A stretch of DNA of 64,000 nucleotides. Source: Candidatus Poribacteria bacterium (GTDB lineage Bacteria > Poribacteria > WGA-4E > WGA-3G). Of the stretch, positions 50,138 to 60,745 are shown one piece after another. Numbering within the stretch: position 1 is the stretch's first letter; each line of letters opens with the position of its first letter. The translations under genes were made by a program, and so were the position numbers. The DNA lies in NCBI GenBank assembly GCA_963665235.2, contig CAXXLX010000001.1, positions 3,168,001 to 3,232,000 on the forward strand. Direction: 5' to 3'. Below the pieces are notes generated by a model that saw only the letters and a program-made list of their open reading frames with translations, had not been told where the DNA came from and did not search any database.

Positions 50138-51325
50138 TCAAACAACGCCAGCCTGTCTTAACATTTCCACCTCATCCGGTGACATTTTCAAGGTGTTGGT
50201 CAACACCTCTATCGTGTGTTCACCGAGGCCGGGAGCAGGTGCATCTACACTACATGGGGTTTCAGAGAGTTTAATCGGCACCCCCGGCACCTCAACTGTG
50301 CCAGTTATCTGATGCATGACCTGCGTAATCATGTCGCGTGCTTGGATCTGCGGATGACTGACGACCTTGTCCATAGCATTGATGGGCCCGCACGGCACCC
50401 CGATTTCTCCGAGTGCGTCAATCCACTCCTCCGTTGTGCGTTCGCACATAATCTCCGAGAGGATAGGAAACAGTTCACTGTGATTTGCAGTCCGTTCGGC
50501 GTTAGTGCTGAACCGTGCATCCGAGATGAGGTGCTGCTGATTGACGTGTTCACAGAATTTTGCCCACAACGTATCGTTGCCGATAGCAATGATGACGTGC
50601 CCATCCGCCGAGGCGAACGCTTCAAACGGGGTTATCGCAGGGTGTCGACTTCCGAGCGGTTGTGGCACTTCGCCCGTGGCAAAATAGCGGACGACCGCGT
50701 TCTCCAAAACCGCAACGAGACTGTCCAACATCGCCACATCCACAAACTGCCCCTTCCCGGTGTGATGTCGGTGGTGCAGTGCGGACAGAATGCCGATTGT
50801 CGTGAAGAGCGCAGCGGTGATGTCACTGATGGATGTACCGACACGGACCGGCGGCCCTTCAGGTTCACCGGTAATACTGATAATACCGCCCATCCCCTGG
50901 ATAATCATATCGTACGCCCCCTGTTGTGCAAAGGGACCGGTCTGTCCAAAGCCGGAACATGCCGCGTAGATAAGTGTCGGGTGTTCAGTCGCAAGCGAGT
51001 CGTAATCCAATCCTAATTTTTTCATCGTCCCTGGCCGAAAATTCTCAACGACAATGTCGCTCCGTTTGACCAGCTGCTTGAATATCGCTTTTCCCCGTTC
51101 CGTTTTAAGATTGAGTGTCACGCTCCGCTTGCCGCGATTCACGCTCATGAAGTAAAGACTAAACCCGTTTTTGAACGGACCGAAATTTCGTGCCTCATCA
51201 CCGGTGTCGGGTTGTTCAATCTTAATCACTTCAGCCCCGAGGTCGCTGAGGAGCATCGTTGCATAAGGGCCCGCAAGAACTCTCGTTAAATCTAAAACCT
51301 GTATTCCCTTTAGTGGACCGGACAT
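50138..51325 (-). CDS. CaiB/BaiF class III CoA-transferase
   Basis: PLKGIQVLDLTRVLAGP, DLGAEVIKIE, NRGKRS, ENFRPG, catalytic ISDI. Confidence 0.95.
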   Translation of the reverse strand: MSGPLKGIQVLDLTRVLAGPYATMLLSDLGAEVIKIEQPDTGDEARNFGPFKNGFSLYFMSVNRGKRSVTLNLKTERGKAIFKQLVKRSDIVVENFRPGTMKKLGLDYDSLATEHPTLIYAACSGFGQTGPFAQQGAYDMIIQGMGGIISITGEPEGPPVRVGTSISDITAALFTTIGILSALHHRHHTGKGQFVDVAMLDSLVAVLENAVVRYFATGEVPQPLGSRHPAITPFEAFASADGHVIIAIGNDTLWAKFCEHVNQQHLISDARFSTNAERTANHSELFPILSEIMCERTTEEWIDALGEIGVPCGPINAMDKVVSHPQIQARDMITQVMHQITGTVEVPGVPIKLSETPCSVDAPAPGLGEHTIEVLTNTLKMSPDEVEMLRQAGVV

Positions 51326-51464
51326 GTGTTGATTTCTCCTATGTTAGAAAAATTTGCCTTTCTATTGCACACATGCTAAAATAGAATCAGAGTACCTAAT
51401 ATTAGCAGCAAATTGTATCTATGTCCAAAGATTTTTAACGGCAGGGCTGTTAAGGAGAACTTCA

Positions 51465-52541
51465 ATGGCTAAACTTAAGATTGCACATATCGGGACAGGA
51501 AACCGGGGTACTAAAACATATCTTCCACTTATTTCAAAACTGACAGACGACTTGGAACTCGTTGCAGTGTGTGATGTGCACGAAGGCAGGGTCACAGAGC
51601 AGGGTGAAAAGTATCAGGTGCCTGCCTACACAAACACTGAGGAGATGTTAGAGAAGGTGAAACCTGATATCTGCTCTGTCGTCATCACCGCGAGCAACAA
51701 TCATGTTCCAGGGCTCCTCTGTTCTCAGCATAGTGTCAGTTATTGCACAGAGACCCCGATAAACACCGACCTCGCCAGGGCGGATAAGATGATTGAAGCT
51801 GCCCAAGAGCACGGCACAAAGCTTGAGGTTAACGAAAATTACTACCGCCGCCCATCTGAACGGATAAAGCGGGAGATGATTTTGGCGGGGGTTTTCGGTA
51901 AAGTTAACGTTGCTTACAACGATTTCCGAGGACACGGTTACCACGGTATCGGACTCCTCCGAAGCTACGTAGGATTTGATAATGAACCCACACGGGTTTA
52001 CGGGTTCCGAAAAAGTTTTAAGGTGCAAGAACACGTGTGGCGACAGGGACATCCGCGACGGAAGGCGGAGGATTGGGAACATGCTGTAATTGAGTTCGAG
52101 GATGGTGCTGTCGCAATTTTCAACTTCAGTAGCCTCTCCTACGGTTCACCGCTGCGCGGATTTAACGGAACAAAATTCTACGCAGAACGCGGGATGTGTT
52201 TCCGAGAGGAGGCTGTTATCCTAAACGAAACTGCTGATGCCCAACGCCAAGTGACCGTATCACGTAAGACGAATAACGTCGACGGTTATGAAACCCTTGC
52301 GGCACTTGTAGCAGACACCGACCCCGAGGTCGTATGGGAAAACCCGCTGCAGAATTATCCGCTCAGCGATAGTGAAATCACTGTCGCCTCGGAGCTGATG
52401 AGCCTCGTGAATGCCGTTCGCAACGATACGGAACCTGAATATGGGGCATATAACGGCCGAAAAGATAGGGAAATTGATATCGCTATGGGCCGTTCAAGGG
52501 CAAATGAAGGGGCACCTGTTACCTTTCCGCTTGAATACTAA
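51465..52541 (+). CDS. Gfo/Idh/MocA family oxidoreductase
   Basis: IAHIGTGNRG, LVAVCD, CTETP, VNENY; AAGGAG RBS. Confidence 0.85.
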   Translation: MAKLKIAHIGTGNRGTKTYLPLISKLTDDLELVAVCDVHEGRVTEQGEKYQVPAYTNTEEMLEKVKPDICSVVITASNNHVPGLLCSQHSVSYCTETPINTDLARADKMIEAAQEHGTKLEVNENYYRRPSERIKREMILAGVFGKVNVAYNDFRGHGYHGIGLLRSYVGFDNEPTRVYGFRKSFKVQEHVWRQGHPRRKAEDWEHAVIEFEDGAVAIFNFSSLSYGSPLRGFNGTKFYAERGMCFREEAVILNETADAQRQVTVSRKTNNVDGYETLAALVADTDPEVVWENPLQNYPLSDSEITVASELMSLVNAVRNDTEPEYGAYNGRKDREIDIAMGRSRANEGAPVTFPLEY

Positions 52542-52650
52542 GCAAAATATCGTTAATGACCCCGCGTCAGGTACATTTCCCTTGCTATTTTCATCTAAAA
52601 TGGATACAATATAGGGAGAAGCAAATCAAAAATTGGAGGAGAACACAGTT

Positions 52651-53541
52651 TTGAAAAAATTTCGCACGATTTTCAGTTTACTGCTCATATTCGGTTTCAG
52701 TGCAACGTTGCTTGGAAACGAATGGGCAAACTACTATTTTCCCGACAAACTCGGCAGCTACTGGGTTTACGAGGACCAGGATGGAGACGAACTAACACGC
52801 ACCGCTATTGAGGCGACAGAAATTGATGGCGAAACCTATCGCGCCTTCAACTATGACCCGGAGCTGGACGATTGGAAAGATTACGAATACTACATCCGAC
52901 CGAACTTTTATCACGTCGGTGAAGAGTGGGTCTCTTTTTTCGTCGGTGAGGATGTTGAAAGCTCAACGGAGGCACTCCTAACGCAGCAATTGGAGAAAGG
53001 ATTTGCAGAACTAGAGCAACAAATGGCGAGTCAATTGCCACCCGGCGTTACCGTTGATTTCCAGCACACTGTTGAAAGCAAAGCACAAGATTATTTCTAT
53101 CTTTTTCCAACACCCGCTACCTTTAATGAAGAGTGGACAGCTATGCAGATAGATGTCACAATAACGATGAGTCTTGACATTCAAGGAGCACCTATCCAAG
53201 TTCCCCCGGAACTTAAAAATATCACTAGCACCGCTACTGTTGTGGAAACAGGGAACGTTACTGGAACCGAAACCGTTGAAACAGCAGCAGGGACGTTTGA
53301 GGAGTGTTTAAAAATTGAGTTCCGGACAGAAACAACCACGGATGTTGCCGTACCTGATGAGCTTAAACAGCAACTCCCCGAACAACAATCGGACGAATCC
53401 TTTACAACGATTTGGTTGGCACCCAACGTCGGAATTGTCAAATTTGAACACAAACATGAGCAGTCCGACGAGGTGAGAACGCTTGAATTGACGAAATATG
53501 AAATCAAATCGGATGAATCTGAGAACGGAGATAGTGAGTAA
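52651..53541 (+). CDS. exported hypothetical protein, paralog 1 of 4
   Basis: signal peptide; [42 protein letters not shown]. Confidence 0.75.
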   Translation: MKKFRTIFSLLLIFGFSATLLGNEWANYYFPDKLGSYWVYEDQDGDELTRTAIEATEIDGETYRAFNYDPELDDWKDYEYYIRPNFYHVGEEWVSFFVGEDVESSTEALLTQQLEKGFAELEQQMASQLPPGVTVDFQHTVESKAQDYFYLFPTPATFNEEWTAMQIDVTITMSLDIQGAPIQVPPELKNITSTATVVETGNVTGTETVETAAGTFEECLKIEFRTETTTDVAVPDELKQQLPEQQSDESFTTIWLAPNVGIVKFEHKHEQSDEVRTLELTKYEIKSDESENGDSE

Positions 53542-53587
53542 TTCTAATAGGCGTTCGGTTCGGTGATATTTTAAAGGTGGCAAGTTC

Positions 53588-54553
53588 ATGTTAAAAAAAT
53601 TGTGCTTTCTCCTCACGTTTTTCTTAATCTTCTGTTTCAGCGTGTCCCTAATAGGCGACGAATCCACGCAAAAATACTTTCCAGGCACATTAGGAAGTAT
53701 TTGGGTTTACGAGGACCAAGATGGCAACGAACTAACACGCACCGCTGTTGAAGGTGAAGAAATCGCAGGTGAGATGTATCACGCGTTTAGTTATGAACCG
53801 GCGTTAGAAGATTGGACAGATTTTAACCGTTACCTGCACCTGCCGCGCTATCATGTCGGAACGGAGTGGATTAAGTTTGTTGTCAAGGAGGAGTTAGAGA
53901 CAGCTGTGAAAGCACGTCTTACCCAGGAGATGGAGGCTTTCGCCAAATTTACAAAGAGCGTTGTAGAGAACAACGCTCCCGCGCAATTGAACCTTACCTT
54001 TAACGTCAACTACAATATAGGGGTGGAAGCGGCGGACCAATTCAATTTCCTTGCGGTTCAAGCGGCACCCGATGAAGAATGGGACACAACCCAGATAAAT
54101 GCTACAATCACAATCACGTTCGATGTCCAAGGTTTGCCGGAGGCTCTTCAGAATAACGCTGAAACCGCAACAAGCACGCTCAATTTTGCTATTCTTGAAA
54201 TAGGGAAACATCTCGGAACAGAAACCGTTGAAACACCCGCCGGCACCTTCGAAGATTGTTTGAAAATCGAATACCGAACGGAAACAGAGGTGAAAACCTC
54301 CGAACCTATCGAACCAGGGGCTGTCCCGGGAGAATCGGTTACGACTTTATGGTTAGCTCCAAATATCGGGCTCGTCAAGTTGCATCAGGAGGCTGAGAAA
54401 ATTTTCCTGAGTGCTATGGCAAACAAGGAGTTAGAGGGTGCGGCCGTATCTGAGCAGGAGTGGGACGAAATTACCTCTGCCTCGGTTACGACTTATGAAT
54501 TAAAAAGATACGAAATAGCTTCTGATACGTCTCAAGACGATAGCAGCAATTAA
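53588..54553 (+). CDS. exported hypothetical protein, paralog 2 of 4
   Basis: same conserved blocks as paralog 1. Confidence 0.75.
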   Translation: MLKKLCFLLTFFLIFCFSVSLIGDESTQKYFPGTLGSIWVYEDQDGNELTRTAVEGEEIAGEMYHAFSYEPALEDWTDFNRYLHLPRYHVGTEWIKFVVKEELETAVKARLTQEMEAFAKFTKSVVENNAPAQLNLTFNVNYNIGVEAADQFNFLAVQAAPDEEWDTTQINATITITFDVQGLPEALQNNAETATSTLNFAILEIGKHLGTETVETPAGTFEDCLKIEYRTETEVKTSEPIEPGAVPGESVTTLWLAPNIGLVKLHQEAEKIFLSAMANKELEGAAVSEQEWDEITSASVTTYELKRYEIASDTSQDDSSN

Positions 54554-54587
54554 ACCTATTCAAAAAACCTAAAAGGGAGATATCTCA

Positions 54588-55445
54588 ATGTTAAAAAAAT
54601 TGTGTACGGCTTCGATATTTTTGTTCGTTTTTAGTTTCAGCGTAACGTTGTTGGGCGATGAATCGGCACAAACATATTTTCCGGGTACGCTCGGCAGCTA
54701 TTGGGTTTACGAAGACCAGGATGGCAACGAACTAACACGCACCGCCGTTGAAGGTGAAGAAATCGCAGGTGAAATATATCACGCGTTCAGTTATGAACCT
54801 GAGTTAGAAGATTGGGCAAATTATAGTCCTTTTATCTTTCCTTCTCTGTATCAAGTGAGTGATGAGGGAATCACAATCGTTGCCAGCGATGCGGTAGAAG
54901 AGGCATTCAAAGCCCGTTTTACCAAAGAGGTAGCTGACCTTACTACTATACTGGGAGAAGAAATGCCGGAGTTAACGTTTGACATCCAAGGGGAAGCCCC
55001 CCTGTTTTTGCTCCCGAACGATATTGTCGTCGATGAGGAGTGGGATGCAAACCAGTTCGCAGCTAATATTCGTTTTGAACCCGTAGGTAGCATGGATTTC
55101 ACTATTATAGAAACAGGCATCGTTCTTGACACGGAAACCGTTGAAACAGTAGCGGGAACATTTGAAGACTGTCTGAGGGTTGTATATCGAACAGAAACAA
55201 CCGCAGTCCTAACCCCTCAACCACCACCTGGTGAAGTAGATGCACCGGGCGAGACCGTAACAACATTGTGGTTTGCCCCTAACGTCGGTATTGTAAAATA
55301 TCATCAGCAGATGGATTATATTTTTTTAGAGATGATACCGGATGAGGAGGATTTGCCGATACCGCCTGGCCCCACGCTGCGAACGTTGGAGCTAAAGAGA
55401 TATGAAATCAAAACCGCAACACCTGAGAATGACGGTAGCAAGTAG
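54588..55445 (+). CDS. exported hypothetical protein, paralog 3 of 4
   Basis: same conserved blocks as paralog 1. Confidence 0.75.
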   Translation: MLKKLCTASIFLFVFSFSVTLLGDESAQTYFPGTLGSYWVYEDQDGNELTRTAVEGEEIAGEIYHAFSYEPELEDWANYSPFIFPSLYQVSDEGITIVASDAVEEAFKARFTKEVADLTTILGEEMPELTFDIQGEAPLFLLPNDIVVDEEWDANQFAANIRFEPVGSMDFTIIETGIVLDTETVETVAGTFEDCLRVVYRTETTAVLTPQPPPGEVDAPGETVTTLWFAPNVGIVKYHQQMDYIFLEMIPDEEDLPIPPGPTLRTLELKRYEIKTATPENDGSK

Positions 55446-55502
55446 TGAAGGCGGCCTGATATGCCGTTTCAATTTTCCAATATCAATTTGGAGGTATCCC
55501 TC

Positions 55503-56399
55503 ATGCTGAGAAAAGTTTCGCTCGTTTTAGCAGCATTGCTTGTCTTTAGTTTTAGCGTAACCTTGTCGGGTGATGAATCGGCACAAACATATTTTCCAAG
55601 CACGCTCGGCAGCTATTGGGTTTACGAAGACCAAGATGGCAACGAGCTAACACGCACCGCCGTTGAAGACGAAGAAATCGCAGGTGAGACATATCACGCG
55701 TTTAGTTATGAACCCGCCTTCGAAGAAAAATGGGAGCACTATGAATACTACGTTCACCCTACGCTTTTCAAGGTAGACGAGACAGGCATTAAGTTTCTTA
55801 TCGGCGATGAAGTCGTCAAAACCTACAAAGAACGACTTACAAAAGAATTGATGGCTGCTTTTGCAAGCCCCCCTGGTGCTAATGTGCCCGCATTTGATAT
55901 AGAGGTTGAGGTGGAAACGCAACCGCATTTCTACCTGCTGCCAACACCTGTTAGTCCTAATGAGGAATGGGATACAACGCGAATCAAACCAACGGTTAAG
56001 GTAAAGATGGATTTTGCACAAAATAATTCTGAAGTGGATTCGGAGTTAGCAGGAGTGTTCCGTAGTACTACAATCTATTTCACTATTTTGGAAACAGGAA
56101 ATATCTTCGCAACAGAGGCCGTTGAAACGCCTGCTGGCGTATTTAAAGACTGTTTGAAAATTGAATACCGCACGGAGACTGTAATGCCAGCACCTTTAGG
56201 TTCGAACTATTTTGAGGCGGGGGAATCCGTTTCAACGTTGTGGCTAGCACCAAATGTAGGTATAGTAAAATTTCACCAGGAATCTGAAAAACCTATTATA
56301 GGAGAAGAGATGGGACAGGTTGAAACCATGACCACTCAAATCAAAACGCTCGAATTAAAAAAATACGAAATCAAATCGGATGTGCCGGAGGCTGAATGA
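55503..56399 (+). CDS. exported hypothetical protein, paralog 4 of 4
   Basis: same conserved blocks; GGAGG RBS; stop overlaps the hemB start (ATGA). Confidence 0.75.
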   Translation: MLRKVSLVLAALLVFSFSVTLSGDESAQTYFPSTLGSYWVYEDQDGNELTRTAVEDEEIAGETYHAFSYEPAFEEKWEHYEYYVHPTLFKVDETGIKFLIGDEVVKTYKERLTKELMAAFASPPGANVPAFDIEVEVETQPHFYLLPTPVSPNEEWDTTRIKPTVKVKMDFAQNNSEVDSELAGVFRSTTIYFTILETGNIFATEAVETPAGVFKDCLKIEYRTETVMPAPLGSNYFEAGESVSTLWLAPNVGIVKFHQESEKPIIGEEMGQVETMTTQIKTLELKKYEIKSDVPEAE

Positions 56400-57373
56400 G
56401 CACTTTTCCCATCTATCGCCCTAGACGGCTACGCGCAAATGAAAACCTGCGCCGACTCGTCCGAGAAACCGGACTCTCTGTGGATGACCTCATCTATCCG
56501 ATGTTTGTCGTACATGGACAAAACAGGGCAATAGAAATATCCTCTATGCCGGGGTGTTATCAATACTCAGTGGATAGACTCGTAGATGCTGCGGCGGAGC
56601 TTGCATCGCTTGGCATCCCTGGCATTATCCTGTTCGGCATTCCTGAAACGAAAGACCCGGTAGGGTCTGAAGCATACGCCGAAGATGGCATCATTCAACA
56701 AGCAGTCCGTGCTATTAAAGCCGCAGTGCCCGAGCTCCTTGTCATAACAGATGTCTGTCTCTGTGAATACACCGACCATGGCCACTGTGGCATCGTTGAA
56801 GCGGGAGAGGTGCAAAACGACCCAACGCTTGCGTTGCTGGTGAAAGAGAGTTTATCACATGCACGTGCCGGTGCCGATGTGATTGCTCCATCGGATATGA
56901 TGGATGGGCGCGTCGGTGCAATTCGCAATGCATTGGACGAGGCGGGTTATGAAAATATCCCGATAATGGCGTATTCGGCAAAATACGCATCCGCTTTCTA
57001 CGGACCATTTCGTGAGGCGGCAGAATCCGCACCGCAATTTGGCGACCGGCGTTCATATCAGATGGATACTGCGAATTCGGAGGAAGCCTTACGCGAAGTG
57101 ATGTTGGATATTGAGGAGGGCGCGGACATTGTCATGGTCAAGCCTGCACTCTCCTATCTTGACGTTATCTATCGAGTCAAAACAGAATTTCGGGTACCGG
57201 TCGCTGCATACAACGTCAGCGGAGAATATGCGATGATTAAAGCAGCCGCGCAGAACGGGTGGGTTGATGAAAAGCGGGTTGCCCTGGAGGTATTGACAAG
57301 CATCAAACGCGCAGGTGCGGACATGATTTTGACCTACTTTGCAAAGTCCGTTGTGGAATGGCTGAACGGTTAG
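56396..57373 (+). CDS. hemB: porphobilinogen synthase
   Basis: [50 protein letters not shown]. Confidence 0.97.
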   Translation: MSTFPIYRPRRLRANENLRRLVRETGLSVDDLIYPMFVVHGQNRAIEISSMPGCYQYSVDRLVDAAAELASLGIPGIILFGIPETKDPVGSEAYAEDGIIQQAVRAIKAAVPELLVITDVCLCEYTDHGHCGIVEAGEVQNDPTLALLVKESLSHARAGADVIAPSDMMDGRVGAIRNALDEAGYENIPIMAYSAKYASAFYGPFREAAESAPQFGDRRSYQMDTANSEEALREVMLDIEEGADIVMVKPALSYLDVIYRVKTEFRVPVAAYNVSGEYAMIKAAAQNGWVDEKRVALEVLTSIKRAGADMILTYFAKSVVEWLNG

Positions 57374-57464
57374 CGTGCATCGCAACCTCTTACAACAGTA
57401 GGCATCAGAGCCCTTAACCCTAAACCGATAGCAAACATTGAGGAAATATTAAAAAAAAGGAGAG

Positions 57465-57668
57465 GTAAGCCCAACCAACGGGCGGGCTGGATATACGGAA
57501 AAAGACGCTTTTCTTCTTAAGTTGACACTCGTAGTTAAAAGGAGAAGTAAGCCCAACCAACGGGCGGGCTGGATATACGTGAAGAAGACGCTTTTCTTCC
57601 TATAGTTAAAAAGAAGGGTAAGCCCAACCAACGGGCGGGCTGGATATACGGAAAAAGACGCTTTTCTT
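57465..57668. repeat. three tandem copies of a ~50-bp hairpin repeat
   Basis: GTAAGCCCAACCAACGGGCGGGCTGGATATACG..AAGACGCTTTTCTT starting at 57465, 57547 and 57618. Confidence 0.85.
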
Positions 57669-57706
57669 ACGTATACCCTTAACGAACCGCAAGGAAATAT
57701 TAAAAA

Positions 57707-58990
57707 ATGGAAGATAGTAAATCTTTAGCTGCATGGCAACAATCACAGCAATTTATTCCCGGTGGGGTCAACAGTCCTGTGCGAAACTTCAGCAAAGTCG
57801 GCAGGCATCCCCGCTTTATAGACCGGGGTGCTGGTTCAAAAGTATACGACATCGATGGAAACGAATATATCGATTATCTCGCCTCTTGGGGACCGTTAAT
57901 ATTAGGGCATGCGCATCCGGTCGTTGTAGACGCTATCAACGCCGCAGCACTACGTGGTACCAGTTTCGGCGCGCCGACGACATTGGAAACAGAACTCGCT
58001 GAAATTATCGCTAACGCCGTCCCTTCTATTGAGCAGGTGCGCCTTGTTAGCTCCGGAACAGAAGCCACGATGAGCGCGATTCGATTGGCACGCGGATATA
58101 CCGGACGCGATAAAATCATCAAGATAGATGGATGTTACCACGGTCATGTTGACTATCTATTGGCAAAAGCGGGGTCCGGCGTTGCCACCTTTGGGCTTTC
58201 AGATAGCGGCGGCGTGCCAGAGGATTTCGCACGCAATACCCTCACTGTGCCGTTTAACGATGCCGATGCAGTGAAAACGACTATTGATGCCAATCCGGAG
58301 GGAATCGCATGCCTCATTCTTGAACCGATTATGGGCAACATGGGAATTATCCCGCCGCGTGACGGGTATCTAGCACAGCTCCGTGAAATTACCGAGGCAC
58401 ACGGCATTGTGCTTATCTTCGATGAGGTCATTACAGGTTTCCGAGTCGCGTATGGCGGCGCGCAAACCTATTATAACGTTACACCGGACATGACCTGCTT
58501 AGGCAAAATTATCGGAGGCGGTTTACCGGTTGGAGCTTATGGCGGAAAACGGGAGATAATGCGATGCGTTGCCCCCGAAGGCGATGTCTATCAGGCGGGC
58601 ACGCTCTCCGGTAATCCCTTAGCGGTCACCGCAGGCATAACCACTTTGAAACAGTTGGGTGAACCGGGGGTTTATGCGCAGCTGGAAAATAGGGCAGCTG
58701 CCCTTGCGGATGGTCTTGCCGCTGCAACGCAAAAGCATGGCATAGATGCATGGCATAGCCGCGTCGGTTCAATGCTGATGCTCTACTTCACACCCGAAAC
58801 GGTTACCGATGCCGATGGTGCAAGAACTGCCGATACAGAACGATACCGTCAATATTTCTGGGGACTTGTAGAACGCGGGGTCTATGTTGCCCCCTCTCAA
58901 TTTGAAGCTGGATTTGTCTCTTTAGTTCATTCCGAAGAGGATATTGAGAAAACCGTCCAAGCTGCAACGCAAGTATTATCCACTTTTTAA
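57707..58990 (+). CDS. hemL: glutamate-1-semialdehyde 2,1-aminomutase
   Basis: [50 protein letters not shown]. Confidence 0.97.
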   Translation: MEDSKSLAAWQQSQQFIPGGVNSPVRNFSKVGRHPRFIDRGAGSKVYDIDGNEYIDYLASWGPLILGHAHPVVVDAINAAALRGTSFGAPTTLETELAEIIANAVPSIEQVRLVSSGTEATMSAIRLARGYTGRDKIIKIDGCYHGHVDYLLAKAGSGVATFGLSDSGGVPEDFARNTLTVPFNDADAVKTTIDANPEGIACLILEPIMGNMGIIPPRDGYLAQLREITEAHGIVLIFDEVITGFRVAYGGAQTYYNVTPDMTCLGKIIGGGLPVGAYGGKREIMRCVAPEGDVYQAGTLSGNPLAVTAGITTLKQLGEPGVYAQLENRAAALADGLAAATQKHGIDAWHSRVGSMLMLYFTPETVTDADGARTADTERYRQYFWGLVERGVYVAPSQFEAGFVSLVHSEEDIEKTVQAATQVLSTF

Positions 58991-59002
58991 AACCGCGATG
59001 TG

Positions 59003-59414
59003 TGTGGAAGAGTGGAAGGTTGGAAGAGTGGAAGAAGGGAGGGGTGGAAGGATGAAGCGAAAGAAGTTGTCTGAATCGCGGATTATCGCGGATTACACAG
59101 ATTTCGCGGATTGTCCGGTGCGTAACAATCCAAGCTTATAGGTTAGGGGGTTGTGTGTTTCTATAAACATATCACCCATACTGGGTTAGTGGTCTACTCG
59201 GCAAATTCTTATGCCTTATGAGTTTACGGATAATAGCCGTGACATCGCACTGTGCATGTGATTATGGCGTGTCTATTTTACGATATAAACTTAGCGAGTG
59301 AACCACTTAGTCCCAGTATTCGGGCGACAAGCCCGCTCCTCAAGGACGATATATTTATAGAAAACAACGCAACCCAGACAGACTAAACCCCGTAGGGGTG
59401 ATATGTTTATAGAA
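59003..59414. repeat. REP/simple-repeat cluster
   Basis: GGAAG 8-mers, CGCGGATTA 9-mers, inverted and direct GATATRTTTATAGAA REP units, 29-mer at 59315-59343. Confidence 0.7.
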
Positions 59415-59476
59415 TGTTGACTTATGGCCGTATGTGAAGACGATGAATCAAATAAATTTGGTATTAGAGGAGCTGA

Positions 59477-60457
59477 ATGTCCAATTTTAATGGAATTGTC
59501 CAATTAATTGCCGATGACCTCAAGGCTGTTGAGGCGAAATTGACTGAAAATACAGCGAGTGAATATAGTTTTGTAGATATGGCAGTCCAGCACGTAGTAG
59601 CGGGCGGCGGCAAACGGATTCGGCCCGTGCTCGTTGTACTTTCCGCCAAAACGTGTGGATACGAAGGGGCAGCCGCACATACACTTGCTGCCGTTGTTGA
59701 GCTCATTCATGTGGCATCGCTCGTTCACGACGATGTTCTAGACGAAGCTGCTATCCGCCGCGGGCGAGAAACGTTACAAACGAAATGGGGCAATAAGGTT
59801 GCCGTACTCGTCGGGGATTATCTCCATGCACGCGTGCTCTCTATGTTAGTGTACCGCCACGCGGATGACCCCGCCATGGAAATTCTTGCTGATACCACGC
59901 AAGCGATGTGTGAAGGTGAAGTCATACACGCCTATAAAAGCGGTGACTTCAATATATCCGAAGCCGAATATCTCAAGATTGTCAGCTTCAAAACAGGAAA
60001 ACTTATCGCCGCCTCCTGCACGCTCGGCGCACATCTCGGAACGACCGACCCACAACAGATTGAAGCACTTACAACCTACGGACAGCAAATCGGCACCGCT
60101 TTTCAAATCGTGGATGACCTGCTCGATTTCGTGGAAGACCCGGAGAAATTAGGAAAAAACGCCTTCAGCGACCTTCGCGAGGGAAAACTCACATTTCCCA
60201 TTATCCACACCCGGAAAGTTTGTGATGATGCAGAGAAGCAAGCACTTGAGAAAGCACTCAATCCTAACACGGACGAAGCGGAAGCAATTGCGTTTGTAGA
60301 AACACTGTTTCAACGGTACGGAGTCGAACCCTACTGTTTAAAGGTCGCACAAGGTTATGCCGACCGTGCCAAAGCCGCACTCACAACGTTACCAGAGAAC
60401 GATGCCCGAATTGCACTAGAACAGCTTGCTGACTACGTTGTCTCGCGAGATTCATGA
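59477..60457 (+). CDS. polyprenyl diphosphate synthase (IspB/HepT-like)
   Basis: GGKRIRP, LVHDDVLD, RRG, KT, FQIVDDLLD, DLREGK. Confidence 0.93.
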   Translation: MSNFNGIVQLIADDLKAVEAKLTENTASEYSFVDMAVQHVVAGGGKRIRPVLVVLSAKTCGYEGAAAHTLAAVVELIHVASLVHDDVLDEAAIRRGRETLQTKWGNKVAVLVGDYLHARVLSMLVYRHADDPAMEILADTTQAMCEGEVIHAYKSGDFNISEAEYLKIVSFKTGKLIAASCTLGAHLGTTDPQQIEALTTYGQQIGTAFQIVDDLLDFVEDPEKLGKNAFSDLREGKLTFPIIHTRKVCDDAEKQALEKALNPNTDEAEAIAFVETLFQRYGVEPYCLKVAQGYADRAKAALTTLPENDARIALEQLADYVVSRDS

Positions 60458-60459
60458 GA

Positions 60460-60599
60460 CAGGACTTACGCAGCACGTTGATAAATCCTTATGATAATGG
60501 GATGTAAAGGGAGAACTAGCGGGCGGGAGGACCCCGCCCTTGAGGAGCGGGCTGCTTGCCCGAATACTGAGCTTATGTTCTAAATTTGCGTAAGTCCCG
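60460..60599. mobile_element. MITE-like element, family B (inverted relative of 47895-48008) carrying the 29-mer
   Basis: CAGGACTTACGCA...TGCGTAAGTCCCG ends; ATGAGA at 60454-60459 and 60600-60605. Confidence 0.75.
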
Positions 60600-60745
60600 A
60601 TGAGAAATTGTCTACTATAGGTCGGGGCGGTGAATCTCTCCAGAGACCACCCGATGCAATTAAGAATACATCAGAAACCTCCGTCGAGATTTACCACACG
60701 GCACTATAACTGCAAAAACTACCGTACTCCGCAAGGAATATTCAA

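Noticed and set aside
50216-51016. 266-aa plus-strand ORF
   Set aside because: Antisense shadow of the CoA-transferase with no recognisable motifs.
57465-57668. CRISPR array or known riboswitch upstream of hemL
   Set aside because: Unit is ~50 bp with irregular, mutually similar gaps; no cobalamin or other riboswitch consensus recognised; a copy occurs at an unrelated locus.
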